From positions 1 through 36,597 of the forward strand of contig JBHENL010000104.1 in assembly GCA_046262075.1 (NCBI GenBank): a stretch of 36,597 nt of DNA. Reading direction: 5' to 3'. Source of the stretch: Gemmatimonadota bacterium. Lineage in GTDB: Bacteria > Gemmatimonadota > Gemmatimonadetes > JACCXV01. This document shows positions 1 through 9,994 of this stretch, piece by piece. The notes beneath the pieces are model-generated. The model saw nothing but the letters and a program-made list of their open reading frames with translations, searched no databases and had not been told where the DNA came from. The position numbers and the translations under genes were made by a program. Position 1 is the stretch's first letter; each line of letters opens with the position of its first letter.

Positions 1-1965
1 TTCCGCCTCTCGCGCTCCTGGGACGCTTCCCTCCCCTGCCAACCGCCGCGTGAAGCCGCCCGGTGCCTCGACCCCAGCCTCGCCCCCCTGGTGGCGGCGC
101 ACCGAGACCGTCCCGTTCTCGCGCTCGCGCTGCCCCACGACGAGCATGTAGGGGACCTTCTGCAGCTCGGCCTCACGGATCTTGTAGCCCACGCCCTCGC
201 GCCGGCGGTCGATCTCCACACGCGCGCCCGCCTCGCGCAGCCGCGCCGCCACCGACTCGGCATACGCCAGGAACTCGTCGCTCACGGGGATCACCACGGC
301 CTGCACGGGTGCAAGCCACACGGGGAACGCCCCCCCGTAATGCTCGATCAGGATCCCGAAGAACCGTTCGAGGGACCCCAGCAGCGCGCGGTGGATCATG
401 TACGGGCGGTGCTCGCGGCCGTCCTCCCCCACGTATGCAAGCTCGAAGCGCTCCGGCAGCACGAAGTCGAACTGGATCGTGCTGCACTGCCACTCGCGCC
501 CGATGGCGTCCTCGAACTTCAGGTCGATCTTGGGCCCGTAGAAGGTGGCCCCACCCGGGTCTTCTTCGTACGGGATCCCGGCGCGGACGATCGCCGCGCG
601 CAGCGCTTCGGTGGGCGCCTCCCACTCCTCGGCCGTGGCGGCCGCCTTCTGCGGGTCGCGCGTCGAGAGGTAGGCGTTGAACTTCTCGAAGCCGAACGCG
701 CGCAGCAGGTCGATGCAGAAGTTCAGCACGCGGTCGATCTCCCCGGGCATCTGGTCGGGCCGGCAGAAGAGGTGCGCGTCGTCCTGCGTGAACCCGCGCA
801 CGCGCATCAGCCCGTGCAGCACCCCTCCGCGCTCGTAGCGGTAGACCGTGCCCCATTCGGCGAAGCGCAGCGGCAGGTCGCGGTAGCTCCGCGGCCGGCT
901 CTTGTAGATGAGGATGTGGAACGGGCAGTTCATGGGCTTCAGGTAGAACTCCTGCCCGTCCATCTCCATCGGCGCGTACATGTTCTCGCGGTACCAGTCG
1001 AGATGTCCGCTGGTCTCCCAGAGCCACGAGCGTCCGATGTGCGGCGAGTACACGAACTCGTAGCCTCCGGCCTCGTGGCGGCGGCGCGCGAACTCCTCGA
1101 TGACGCGCCGGATCGTGCCGCCCTTCGGGTGCCACAGCACCAGCCCCCCGCCGAGGTCCGGGTCGACGCTGAAGAGGTCCAGGTCCTTTCCCAGGCGGCG
1201 ATGGTCGCGCAGCCGCGCCTGCTCGAGCCGAGAGAGATGCTCCTCCAGCTCCTGCGCCGTGCGGAAGGAGCCGGCGTAGAGGCGCTGGAGCATCTCCTGG
1301 TGCTCGTCCCCCCTCCAGTAGGCGCCCGCGACGCTCAGGAGCCGGAAGGTGCCGGGCGCGATGCGGCCGGTGGAGGCGAGGTGCGGCCCGCGGCAGAGGT
1401 CCACGAATTCGCCCTGCTCGTAGAACGAGAGCGTCTCGTCCTCGGCGAGGTCCTCGATCAGGCGCACCTTGTAGGTCTCGCCGCGCTCCTCGACGAAGCG
1501 CAGCGCCTCCTCGCGTGGCAGCTCGAAGCGGCGCACCGGGAGGTCCTCGGCGACGATCCGTTCCATCTCGGCCTCGATGGCGCGGAGGTCCTCGGGCGTG
1601 AGCGGGCGGGGGGCCTCGATGTCGTAGTAGAAGCCGTCGGCGATCGGCGGCCCGATCCCGAGCCGTGCTTCCGGGAAGAGCCGCTTCACCGCCTGCGCCA
1701 TGAGGTGCGCCGACGAGTGACGATAGACGTAGAGCCCCTCCTCGGAGTCCGCCGTCACGATCGCGAGCTGGACGTCCTCCTCGAGCGGTCTCTCGAGATC
1801 GGTGAGGTGCCCGTCCACCTTGGCGGCCACCGCGTCCCGGGCGAGGCGCTTGCCGATCGAGGCCGCCACCTCCCGCGGCGTGGTGCCGCGCGCGAAGCTC
1901 CGGCGGCTGCCGTCGGGGAGCGTCACGGTGATCGAGAGCGCGGAGGCCGGAGGCGCGTGCGTCAT
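1..1965 (-). CDS. thrS: Threonine--tRNA ligase (3' end runs off the window)
   Basis: Translated by hand from ATG 1965: MTHAPPASALSITVTLPDGS (TGS domain), YRHSSAHLMAQAV, DLCRGPH, DHRRLGKDLDLF, LKPMNCPFH, YRYERGGVLHGLMRVRGFTQDDAH, FYGPKID, MIHRALLGSLERF, KVPYMLVVG. No stop before position 1, so it is absent from the ORF track. Confidence 0.97.
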   Translation of the reverse strand, partial: MTHAPPASALSITVTLPDGSRRSFARGTTPREVAASIGKRLARDAVAAKVDGHLTDLERPLEEDVQLAIVTADSEEGLYVYRHSSAHLMAQAVKRLFPEARLGIGPPIADGFYYDIEAPRPLTPEDLRAIEAEMERIVAEDLPVRRFELPREEALRFVEERGETYKVRLIEDLAEDETLSFYEQGEFVDLCRGPHLASTGRIAPGTFRLLSVAGAYWRGDEHQEMLQRLYAGSFRTAQELEEHLSRLEQARLRDHRRLGKDLDLFSVDPDLGGGLVLWHPKGGTIRRVIEEFARRRHEAGGYEFVYSPHIGRSWLWETSGHLDWYRENMYAPMEMDGQEFYLKPMNCPFHILIYKSRPRSYRDLPLRFAEWGTVYRYERGGVLHGLMRVRGFTQDDAHLFCRPDQMPGEIDRVLNFCIDLLRAFGFEKFNAYLSTRDPQKAAATAEEWEAPTEALRAAIVRAGIPYEEDPGGATFYGPKIDLKFEDAIGREWQCSTIQFDFVLPERFELAYVGEDGREHRPYMIHRALLGSLERFFGILIEHYGGAFPVWLAPVQAVVIPVSDEFLAYAESVAARLREAGARVEIDRRREGVGYKIREAELQKVPYMLVVGQRERENGTVSVRRHQGGEAGVEAPGGFTRRLAGEGSVPGAREAE

Positions 1966-2027
1966 GCGCCCGAAGTTAGAGGAGCCGGAGGGTGAAGTGA
2001 AGGCGCCGCGGCGCGCGGGGACGAGGC

Positions 2028-2453
2028 CTAGCTGCGCGGGCGCGCGGCTTGCCGCCTGCCGCGAGAAGGGCCGGTCCAGAGGAACCGCGCCAGCTGCAGG
2101 CGCCCTTGCCCGTCCACCGGCACCGACTCCCGGCGCAGGAGCGCCGCCTGGAGCGAGGCGGCGTGCTCGCGGCAGCCCGTGCTGATCCGACCCTGCGCGT
2201 TGACCACCCGGTGCCAGGGCACGTCGCTCGCCTCCGGCAGCGCGTGCAGGGCCCATCCCACCGTTCGCGCGGCGCGCGGGCTGCCGAGGAGCGCGGCCAC
2301 CTGCCCATAGGTCGCCACCCGCCCGCGCGGGACCGCGCGCACGATCCCGTAGACGCGCGCGAAGAACGAGCCGCCCCCGGCGACGTCGCCGGCGGCAGAG
2401 CCTCGCGACCCGCCGCTACGAGCCGGGTGGCCCCGGATCGCTCGAGCCGCCAT
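2028..2453 (-). CDS. Alkyltransferase-like (ATL/YbaZ-type) MGMT-family DNA-binding protein
   Basis: VPRGRVATYGQVAALLGSPRAARTVGWAL and PWHRVVNAQGRIS; Trp replaces the catalytic Cys of PCHRV. GGAGG lies 7 nt upstream of ATG 2453. Confidence 0.88.
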   Translation of the reverse strand: MAARAIRGHPARSGGSRGSAAGDVAGGGSFFARVYGIVRAVPRGRVATYGQVAALLGSPRAARTVGWALHALPEASDVPWHRVVNAQGRISTGCREHAASLQAALLRRESVPVDGQGRLQLARFLWTGPSRGRRQAARPRS

Positions 2454-2955
2454 CCTCGCCCTCCTCCGGGAACAGCGGGATGAACTGCACGTTCTCGTGC
2501 TCCGTGGAGTCCACGTAGCCCGGAGCGGGCGGGGCCCCGCGCGGGATCGCAGCGAGAGCGCGAGGCACCGTCAGGCGTCCACCAACCGCCTCGAGCTCCT
2601 CGTAGGTGAGGACGAACGAGTCGACCAGCTCCTCGTCGGGCGCGCGGAACTCGAAGAGACGCCGGTCGCCGCGCCCCGTGCGCACGATCGCGTTCTCCAG
2701 GCGGAACTCGCGGTTGGGAGGAAGCGAGAAGATGCGGTCCGGGAATTGGCTGAATTCGTCGCCGTCCTCGAGCGAGTAGACCCGCATCGTCAGCGACCTC
2801 ACGGTCCGGTTGTCGATGAGCAGGTCGTAGCTGCGCATGCAGGCCGTCCACGTCATCGCTACCAAGACGACGGCGACTGCTGCGCCGCAGTGGCCGGACC
2901 ACCACCCGCCGCAGCGAGACAGCCAGGCCCCACCTACGCGGGGGAAGGCAACCAT
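2416..2955 (-). CDS. Hypothetical exported protein/lipoprotein
   Basis: Hydrophobic stretch AAVAVVLVAMTWTA-C followed by a globular domain (YDLLIDNRT...FVLTYEEL). Start uncertain. Confidence 0.55.
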   Translation of the reverse strand: MVAFPRVGGAWLSRCGGWWSGHCGAAVAVVLVAMTWTACMRSYDLLIDNRTVRSLTMRVYSLEDGDEFSQFPDRIFSLPPNREFRLENAIVRTGRGDRRLFEFRAPDEELVDSFVLTYEELEAVGGRLTVPRALAAIPRGAPPAPGYVDSTEHENVQFIPLFPEEGEDGGSSDPGPPGS

Positions 2956-3129
2956 GCGGTGAGGCACGGGTGCGGATGCCGCTCCGGCTCTGAAGGGCGT
3001 CGATGCATCGCTCGAAGATAGCCACCCGGGGGTGATCGCCGCAGGATCGCCGAGCGAAAGATTACACCCGGGCGGCCCGACCGGGCGCTGCGTGCTGTCC
3101 GGCCCGGGGAAGATGGCCGGTGGCCCACC

Positions 3130-3145
3130 CGGCACGGATCATGCA
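3130..3145 (+). promoter_or_regulatory. sigma54 (-24/-12) promoter
   Basis: CGGCACG-GATC-ATGCA matches YGGCACG-N4-TTGCW with exact GG/GC spacing. It sits ~65 nt upstream of ATG 3210, which has a GGAGGT RBS. Confidence 0.7.
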
Positions 3146-3209
3146 TTCCTGATGCTAGAGGTAACACGATGTACGGCAACAATATGGATCCCCCTCCTGG
3201 AGGTAACTT

Positions 3210-4254
3210 ATGAAACTCGCGCTCTCGGCTGTGTTCTTCACGCTGACTCTCTCCGCCGCGGCGGCAACTCAGGAAAGGGCCGCACCTAACCTGGAGCCGC
3301 GCGGCGAGCGCCTGGACCCTGACGTGCATGCGCCTCCCTGCGGCGGCGGTCACGGAGCCGCGCAGCTCGATGGGGTCCGAGACGCGAATGAGCTGCGCGG
3401 TCGTACCGCACGCGAGCTGGTCTTCACGCGCCGACTCCATGGTGCTGGGCCGCCAGTTCACTGGCCTGCCCACGCCCGAGGTCGTCGAGAGGAACGCGTC
3501 CTTCCCCGATACCACCCGCACGCTGACGGAGCGGCAGGGCATCACCGAGACCCTGCAGCCAGCTGACGATCCGGACGCCAACGACCCGCTCGTGGAGCGC
3601 GCTGGAGACGAGCGCCGCACGGAGGCGCGGGCCGAGAGTGACGCGCGGCCCGAGGCACGAGCCGCCGAGCGGGTGGGCCTCACGTGCGTGAACGTGCCCG
3701 ACCAGGTGACGCTTCGTGCGAAGCCGGGCGCAGCCCCGCAACAGGTCGACGTGGACTGCCTGCTCGTTCCGGAAGCGGAATGGTCGACTCGCGTCGACAC
3801 CATGGTGCTCGGACGGCAGCTCACCGGGCTGCCGACGCCTGCGGTCGGCGAGGACGAGGTCCGGCATCCCGACACGACCGTGACCGTCACGGAGCGGCAG
3901 GGCATCACCGAGACCATGCAGCCGGCCGCTGACGCCGACTCGATCGACCCGCTCATCGACGACGGCCGTCGGCCCACGGAGCGGGCGGAGGTCGATCCTG
4001 CCCCCGCTTCGGTGGCGGCGGGAGTGATGATTCCCCTGAACTTCGCGTGCGTCGCCGTCGCCGAAGGCGCCGCAGAGCTGCGCGAGGACGTGCGGGAGCG
4101 CCAGATGCGATGCCTGCTGATCCCCGATGCCGTCCCGAACTTGATCGATCCGGCGGAGACGGGTCCAACCCCGGCGCCGGGGGACACCGTGACCACCGGA
4201 AGGAGCAGCCGGGGCGACGGCGGCACGCGTGACGCGAGCCGTGCCGGCAGCTGA
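3210..4254 (+). pseudogene. Secreted internal-repeat protein interrupted by a +1 frameshift near 3315 (sequencing error or recent inactivation)
   Basis: RBS GGAGGT and signal peptide MKLALSAVFFTLTLSAAAA in the 3210 frame. Removing one G at 3314/3315 gives ...ERLTLTCMRLP..., which joins ORF 3328-4254 and aligns with the repeat-2 segment ERVGLTCVNVP. Confidence 0.75.
3418..3954 (+). repeat. Intragenic direct repeat, 363-nt period (cores 3418-3591 and 3781-3954)
   Basis: WSSRADSMVLGRQFTGLPTP...PDTTRTLTERQGITETLQPADDPDANDPL versus WSTRVDTMVLGRQLTGLPTP...PDTTVTVTERQGITETMQPAADADSIDPL. Confidence 0.9.
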
Positions 4255-4288
4255 GTCGAGGCAGCGGGCTCGCGAGACGAGGACACTG

Positions 4289-4316
4289 GGGGCCGGCGGG
4301 AACGCCGGCCCCTCTT
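4289..4316 (+). terminator. Intrinsic terminator-like hairpin
   Basis: GGGGCCGGCG-GGAA-CGCCGGCCCC followed by TCTT, 35 nt after stop 4254. Confidence 0.65.
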
Positions 4317-4521
4317 CGCGTATACGTCCCCGCATTCAGAAACATTGCGGATGGAATAACGCGGTCGAATCCACGGCGCGTGCCGAGCGGGCGTTCGCCG
4401 CGAGACCCCGCCCTTCGCGACGCCTGACCCTGGCGCGGCGGTGCGCGCTCCGCCTACCCTGAGCTCCACCGTCCGGTGCACCCGGACGGGCCCTCGGCAC
4501 CGAAAGCGCAGGAGCTCGCCC

Positions 4522-5781
4522 GTGCCCGGCCGCAACTTCCTGTTCGTCCCCGGACCCACCAACGTCCCCGATCGTGTCCTGCGCGCCATGCACCGCGGGA
4601 TGGAGGACCACCGCTCCTCGGCGTTCCCAGAGCTCGCGCTCCCGCTCCTCGACGATCTCAGGGGGATCTTCCAGACCGCCGAGGGGCGGGTCTTCGTGTT
4701 CCCGGCTACCGGCACCGGCGCCTGGGAGGCGGCGCTCACGAATACGCTCTCGCCCGGTGACCGGGTGCTGGCGCCGCGCTTCGGGCAGTTCAGCCACCTC
4801 TGGATCGACCTGGCGCAGCGCATCGGGCTCGAGGTGGACGTGCTGGAGGTCGAATGGGGCGAGGGCGCGCCGCTGGAGCGTATCCAGCAGGTGCTCGCCG
4901 ACGACCGCGCGCGCTCGATCAAGGGTGTCCTGATCGTGCACAACGAGACCGCCACGGGCGTGACCAGCGACGTGGCGGGCGTGCGCCGCGCCATGGACGC
5001 GACCGGGCATCCAGCGCTGCTCTACGTCGACGGCGTGAGCTCGATCGCCAGCATCGACTTCCGCATGGACGACTGGGGCGTGGACCTGGCGGTCACCGGC
5101 TCCCAGAAGGGGCTGATGCTGCCGGCGGGGCTCGGCATCGTCTGCGCGGGCCCCCGGGCGCTCGCCGCGCGCGAGGGCGCACGCTGCGCGCGCGTGTTCT
5201 TCGACTTCGGCGACATGCTCAAGGCCAATGCCGCGGGCTACTTCCCGTACACGCCGTCGCTGCCGCTGCTGTACGGCTTGCGGGAGTCGCTGGCGATCCT
5301 CTCCGAGGAGGGCCTCGAGAACGTCTTCGCCCGCCATCGCCGCCTGGCCGAGGGCGTGCGCGCCGCCATTCACGCCTGGGGATTGCGATTGTGCGCGCGC
5401 GCACCCCATTGGCACTCGGACACCGTGAGCGCCGTGATGGTGCCGCCGGGCGTGGATGGAGCCGAGGTGATCGACATCGCGTTCCGTCGCTACGACCTCG
5501 CACTCGGCGCCGGTCTGGCCCGCGTGTCCGGCAAGCTCTTCCGCATCGGCCATCTCGGCGACCTGAACGAGTTGATGCTGCTGGGTGCCCTCGCCGGGGT
5601 CGAAATGGCGCTGCGCGACGCCGGCGCGGAGGTCGAGTTGGGCAGCGGCGTCGCGGCCGCCGCCGGGCACTACCGCGCGACCGCTCGGCCCCTGGCGGCG
5701 CGCCCCTCGGGGGCGGTATCGCCCGACGCACGACCCGTCGCCGACGGCGCTGCCCGGGCCCGCGCGGCGGCTCCCGCGTGA
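4522..5781 (+). CDS. sgaA: Serine--glyoxylate aminotransferase (class V PLP)
   Basis: GTG 4522 with AGGAG RBS. PGRNFLFVPGPTNVPDRV, HNETATGVTSD, VDGVSSIASIDFRMDDWGVD, PLP lysine motif GSQKGLMLPAG, FRIGHLGDLNELML. Context of mcl/mtk/ppc. Confidence 0.92.
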   Translation: MPGRNFLFVPGPTNVPDRVLRAMHRGMEDHRSSAFPELALPLLDDLRGIFQTAEGRVFVFPATGTGAWEAALTNTLSPGDRVLAPRFGQFSHLWIDLAQRIGLEVDVLEVEWGEGAPLERIQQVLADDRARSIKGVLIVHNETATGVTSDVAGVRRAMDATGHPALLYVDGVSSIASIDFRMDDWGVDLAVTGSQKGLMLPAGLGIVCAGPRALAAREGARCARVFFDFGDMLKANAAGYFPYTPSLPLLYGLRESLAILSEEGLENVFARHRRLAEGVRAAIHAWGLRLCARAPHWHSDTVSAVMVPPGVDGAEVIDIAFRRYDLALGAGLARVSGKLFRIGHLGDLNELMLLGALAGVEMALRDAGAEVELGSGVAAAAGHYRATARPLAARPSGAVSPDARPVADGAARARAAAPA

Positions 5782-6746
5782 GCCACACCCGCCACGACCC
5801 CGCCGCCGTGCGCCTCCAGCGCAGCACGCTGGCGGTCCCGGGCTCGCGCTCCGAGCTCTTCGCCAAGGCTGCCGCCGCCGAGGCGGACGAGATCTTTCTC
5901 GACCTAGAGGACGCGGTCGCGCCTGCGGAGAAGGAGGGTGCCCGCGGCAACGTGATCGCGGCCCTCCTCGAGATCGACTGGCGCGGGCGCGGCAAGACGG
6001 TGTGCGTGCGGGTGAACGGGCTCGACACGCCGTTCTTCTACCGCGATCTGATCGATGTCGTGGAGTCCGCTGGCCAGCGCATGGACACGGTGCTCGTCCC
6101 CAAGGTCGGCGTGCCCGCCGACCTGTACGTGGTGGACGCGCTGCTCACGCAGATCGAGGCCGCGCGCGGGATCCCGCAGCGGATCGGCGTCGAGGCCCTG
6201 ATCGAGAGTGCGCTGGGGCTGTCGAACGTCGAGGCGATCGCGGCGTACGGGGGGCGGCTCGAGGCGCTGCACTTCGGCGTCGCCGATCTCGCGGCGAGCC
6301 TGCGGGCGCGCACGACGAGCATCGGCGGGTTGCATCCGGACTATCCCGGCGACGTGTGGCACGCCCCGCTGGCGCGGGTGGCGGCCGCCTGCCGCGCCTA
6401 CGGCCTCCGCGCCCTCGACGGGCCCTTCGCCGACTTCAAGGACCCCGACGGCTACCGGGCTGCGGCGAGGCGAGCGGCCGCGCTCGGCTACGAGGGCAAG
6501 TGGGCGATCCATCCCTCGCAGGTGGCGCTCGCGAACGAGGTGTTCACGCCGCCCGAAGCCGACGTCGCCCGCGCGCGCCGTATCCTGGAAGCGCTCGAAG
6601 AGGCCGAGCGCGAGGGACGCGGCGCGGCTCAGCTCGACGGCAAGATGATCGACGCGGCGTCGGCCCGGATGGCGACCGCGCTCCTGGAGGTGGCAGAGAT
6701 CATCGAACGCAAGGAAGCCGTGCCCGGAGGGTTTCCCAGCGTCTGA
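5778..6746 (+). CDS. mcl: L-malyl-CoA lyase (CitE/HpcH family)
   Basis: GTGA overlap with sga[71 protein letters not shown]; resembles Methylorubrum MclA as recalled. Confidence 0.88.
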   Translation: MSHTRHDPAAVRLQRSTLAVPGSRSELFAKAAAAEADEIFLDLEDAVAPAEKEGARGNVIAALLEIDWRGRGKTVCVRVNGLDTPFFYRDLIDVVESAGQRMDTVLVPKVGVPADLYVVDALLTQIEAARGIPQRIGVEALIESALGLSNVEAIAAYGGRLEALHFGVADLAASLRARTTSIGGLHPDYPGDVWHAPLARVAAACRAYGLRALDGPFADFKDPDGYRAAARRAAALGYEGKWAIHPSQVALANEVFTPPEADVARARRILEALEEAEREGRGAAQLDGKMIDAASARMATALLEVAEIIERKEAVPGGFPSV

Positions 6747-6903
6747 GCGCGGCCGCGCCGAGGTCGCGGAGATCGAGGTAAAGGAGGTCGAACGACGGCG
6801 GAGCCGGAGCGAGCCCCCGCCCGAGCATGGAGCGACCGCTGCGCCGAGCGAGGGCTCCGCCCGAGCGAGGCCGCGCCCACAGGGAAGTCACCGCCTAAGA
6901 ATA

Positions 6904-8097
6904 ATGGACATTCACGAGTACCAGGCGAAGGAGCTGCTCGCGGGTTTCGGAGTCGCGATCCCGCGCGGGGGCGTCGCGTACAGCCCGGAGCAGGCGGTCT
7001 ACCGCGCCGAGGAGATCGGCGGCGAGCGCTGGGCGGTGAAGGCGCAGATCCACTCCGGCGCGCGCGGCAAGGCCGGCGGGATCAAGCTATGCGCCACCGA
7101 CAACGAGGTCCGCGAGGCTGCGCGCGAGCTGTTGGGCAAGACCCTCGTGACGCGTCAGACGGGTCCGGAGGGCCGCCCCGTGCACCGTGTCTACGTCGAG
7201 GCCGCCGTGCCGCTCGAGCGCGAGATCTATCTCGGCTTCGTCCTCGACCGGAAGAGCGAGCGGATCATGGTCGTCGCGGCGCCGCAGGGCGGGATGGAGA
7301 TCGAGGAGATCGCGCAGGAGGCGCCCGACTCGATCCTGAGGGAGGTCGTGGAGCCCGCCGTCGGCATGCAGACCTTCCAGGCGCGCGAGCTCGCCTTCGG
7401 CCTGGGCCTGCCCCCGGCCCAGGTGCGCTCGGCGACCGGGAGCATCCTGGGCGCCTATCGCGCCTTCCGCGACCTCGACGCGATGATGGTCGAGATCAAC
7501 CCGCTCGTGACCACGAAGGACGGCGCCGTGCTCGCGCTCGACGCCAAGATGACCTTCGACGACAACGCGCTCTTCCGCCGCCCGTCGGTGCGCGAGCTGC
7601 GCGACTACGCCCAGGAGGACCCGCGCGAGGCGCAGGCCGCCGAGCACGGGCTGAACTACGTGGCGCTGGAGGGCGAGATCGGCTGCATCATCAACGGCGC
7701 CGGGCTCGCCATGGCGACGATGGACATGATCAAGCACGCGGGAGGCCGACCGGCGAACTTCCTGGACGTGGGCGGAGGTGCTTCGCCCGAGCGCATCGCC
7801 GCGGCGTTCCGCCTCGTGCTCTCGGACGCGAACGTGGGTGCGATGCTGGTGAACATCTTCGCGGGCATCAACCGCTGCGACTGGGTCGCGCGGGGGATCG
7901 TGCAGGCGCTGCGCGAGCGCGAGCTGCCGATCCCCCTCGTGGTCCGACTCGCCGGCACGAACGTCGAGGAAGGCCGCCGCATCCTGCGCGAGAGCGGCTT
8001 CGCCATCGTCGAGGCCGAGACCCTGGCCGAAGCCGCCGAGCGCGTGGTCGCAGTCCTGGAATCGAGCCGGCCTGCCGCCGGCGACGGGGTCGGGTGA
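6904..8097 (+). CDS. mtkA: Malate--CoA ligase (malate thiokinase) beta subunit
   Basis: [70 protein letters not shown] (Mtk-type rather than SucC-type NIFGGIVRCD). Confidence 0.9.
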   Translation: MDIHEYQAKELLAGFGVAIPRGGVAYSPEQAVYRAEEIGGERWAVKAQIHSGARGKAGGIKLCATDNEVREAARELLGKTLVTRQTGPEGRPVHRVYVEAAVPLEREIYLGFVLDRKSERIMVVAAPQGGMEIEEIAQEAPDSILREVVEPAVGMQTFQARELAFGLGLPPAQVRSATGSILGAYRAFRDLDAMMVEINPLVTTKDGAVLALDAKMTFDDNALFRRPSVRELRDYAQEDPREAQAAEHGLNYVALEGEIGCIINGAGLAMATMDMIKHAGGRPANFLDVGGGASPERIAAAFRLVLSDANVGAMLVNIFAGINRCDWVARGIVQALRERELPIPLVVRLAGTNVEEGRRILRESGFAIVEAETLAEAAERVVAVLESSRPAAGDGVG

Positions 8098-9005
8098 GCG
8101 TCCTCCTCGACGAGACCACGCGCGTCCTGGTGCAGGGCTTCACCGGCGACAAGGCGACGTTCCACGCCCGCGAGATGATCGCCTACGGCACGAACGTGGT
8201 GGGGGGCGTGACGCCGGGGAAGGGCGGCGCCCTCCACCTCGACCGGCCGGTCTTCGACACGGTGAAGGAGGCCGTCCGCGAGACGGCGGCGACGGCCTCG
8301 ATCCTGTTCGTGCCCGCCGCGTTCTGCGCCGACTCGATCATGGAGGCGGCCGACGCCGGGATCCGCCTGGTGGTCGCGATCACCGACGGCATCCCCGCGC
8401 AGGACATGATGCGCGTGAAGCGCTACCTCTTCCGCTATCCCCGGGAGCGCCGAACGACGCTGATCGGTCCCAACTGTGCGGGGATCATCAGCCCCGGCAA
8501 GGCCATGCTCGGGATCATGCCGGGCCACATCTACGAGCGCGGGCCGGTCGGCGTGGTCACGCGCTCGGGCACGCTGGGGTACGAGGCGGCCTCGCAGATG
8601 AAGGCGCTGGGGATCGGCGTGAGCACGAGTGTGGGCATCGGCGGCGATCCGATCAACGGCACTTCGTTCCGCGACATCCTGGCGCTGTTCGAGCAGGACG
8701 ACGAGACGGAGGCCGTCATGATCATCGGCGAGATCGGTGGCCCGCAGGAGGCGGAGGCGGCGACGTACTTCAGGGAACGCATGACGAAGCCGGTGATCGG
8801 CTACGTCGCGGGTCTCACGGCTCCGCCCGGCAGGCGCATGGGCCATGCGGGCGCCATCATCTCCGCGTTCGGCGACAGCGCCGCCGAGAAGGCGGAGATC
8901 ATGCGCTCCGCAGGCCTCGCCGTGGCCTCCACGCCCTCGGAGCTGGGCTCGACCATCCAGGCCGTGCTGCGCGGCCGGCCCGCGAAGAGCGTCGCCGCTA
9001 CCTGA
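8094..9005 (+). CDS. mtkB: Malate--CoA ligase alpha subunit (SucD-like)
   Basis: GTGA overlap with mtk[43 protein letters not shown], phospho-His motif RRMGHAGAI. Confidence 0.88.
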   Translation: MSVLLDETTRVLVQGFTGDKATFHAREMIAYGTNVVGGVTPGKGGALHLDRPVFDTVKEAVRETAATASILFVPAAFCADSIMEAADAGIRLVVAITDGIPAQDMMRVKRYLFRYPRERRTTLIGPNCAGIISPGKAMLGIMPGHIYERGPVGVVTRSGTLGYEAASQMKALGIGVSTSVGIGGDPINGTSFRDILALFEQDDETEAVMIIGEIGGPQEAEAATYFRERMTKPVIGYVAGLTAPPGRRMGHAGAIISAFGDSAAEKAEIMRSAGLAVASTPSELGSTIQAVLRGRPAKSVAAT

Positions 9006-9018
9006 GCCCGCCGCGCCG

Positions 9019-9993
9019 GTGACCACCCGCCCCACGGTGACGGCGACCCGGCGCTTGCCGGCGGCCGTCGAGGACCAGCTGGGGCTCCGCTACGACGCCC
9101 GCCTCAACGCCCACGACCGGCCGCTCGATGCCGGGGAGCTGCGGGAGGCTCTCGCGTCGTCCGACGCGCTCCTCTGCACGGTCACGGACCGGCTCGACGC
9201 CGGAGTTCTCGCCGCCGAGCCCCTCCGCGCGCGCATCCTCGCGAGCTTCGGCGTGGGCTTCGACCATATCGACCTCGACGCCGCGCGCACGCGGGGGCTG
9301 CGGGTCACGAACACCCCCGACGTCCTCACAGACGACACGGCCGACCTGGCGGTGACGCTCATGCTCATGGCCTGCCGCCGCGCGGGTGAGGGTGAGCGCC
9401 ACGTGCGCGCGAACGCCTGGAGCGGCTGGCGCCCCACGCACATGCTCGGCACGCGCGTGACCGGCAAGACGCTGGGGCTGGTCGGGATGGGCCGGATCGC
9501 GCGCGCGGTGGCGCGGCGCGCGAAGCACGGCTTCGGCATGCGCGTGCTGTTCCAGGACCCCAACCCTCCGCCGCCGGAGGTCGCGGCGGAGCTGGGAGCC
9601 GAGTCGCGCGGGACGCTCGAGGAGCTGCTCGAGGCCGCCGACGTGGTCTCGCTGCACTGCCCGGCCACGCCCGAGACGCACCACCTGATCGACGACGGCG
9701 CCCTCGCGCGGATGAAGCCCAGCGCGATCCTGGTGAACACCGCGCGCGGCGACGTCGTGGACGAGGCCGCCCTCGTGCGCGCGCTCCGGGACGGGCGGAT
9801 CGCCGGCGCCGGCCTCGACGTGTATGAGCGGGAGCCGCGCGTCCCCGACGCGCTGCGCGCGCTCGAGAACGTGGTGCTGCTGCCCCACCTCGGCAGCGCC
9901 ACGCTCGAGTCGCGCGTGGCCATGGGCCTGCGGGCGATCGAGAACCTCGACGCGTTCTTCTCCGGTGCTCCCCTCCGCGACGCCGTCGTCTGA
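9019..9993 (+). CDS. D-glycerate dehydrogenase / hydroxypyruvate-glyoxylate reductase (D-2-hydroxyacid dehydrogenase family)
   Basis: GTG 9019. GVGFDHID, VTNTPDVLTDDTADL, GLVGMGRIA, VSLHCP, LVNTARGDVVDE, GLDVYEREP, LPHLGSAT. The Hpr role is inferred from context. Confidence 0.85.
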   Translation: MTTRPTVTATRRLPAAVEDQLGLRYDARLNAHDRPLDAGELREALASSDALLCTVTDRLDAGVLAAEPLRARILASFGVGFDHIDLDAARTRGLRVTNTPDVLTDDTADLAVTLMLMACRRAGEGERHVRANAWSGWRPTHMLGTRVTGKTLGLVGMGRIARAVARRAKHGFGMRVLFQDPNPPPPEVAAELGAESRGTLEELLEAADVVSLHCPATPETHHLIDDGALARMKPSAILVNTARGDVVDEAALVRALRDGRIAGAGLDVYEREPRVPDALRALENVVLLPHLGSATLESRVAMGLRAIENLDAFFSGAPLRDAVV

Positions 9994-9994
9994 G

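Noticed and set aside
91-1995. 634-aa plus-strand ORF
   Set aside because: Antisense shadow of thrS; stop codons are scarce in GC-rich DNA.
4854-9005. Apparent long N-terminal extensions or fusions on mcl and mtkB (also seen for hpnC, kbl and the PPTase)
   Set aside because: ORF-caller artefacts; real starts are at GTGA/ATGA overlaps or RBS-supported codons, and the extensions are off-frame reads of neighbouring genes.
6904-9005. Calling these sucC/sucD (succinyl-CoA synthetase)
   Set aside because: Mtk-type residues ([23 protein letters not shown]) and the mcl/sga/ppc context favour malate thiokinase.
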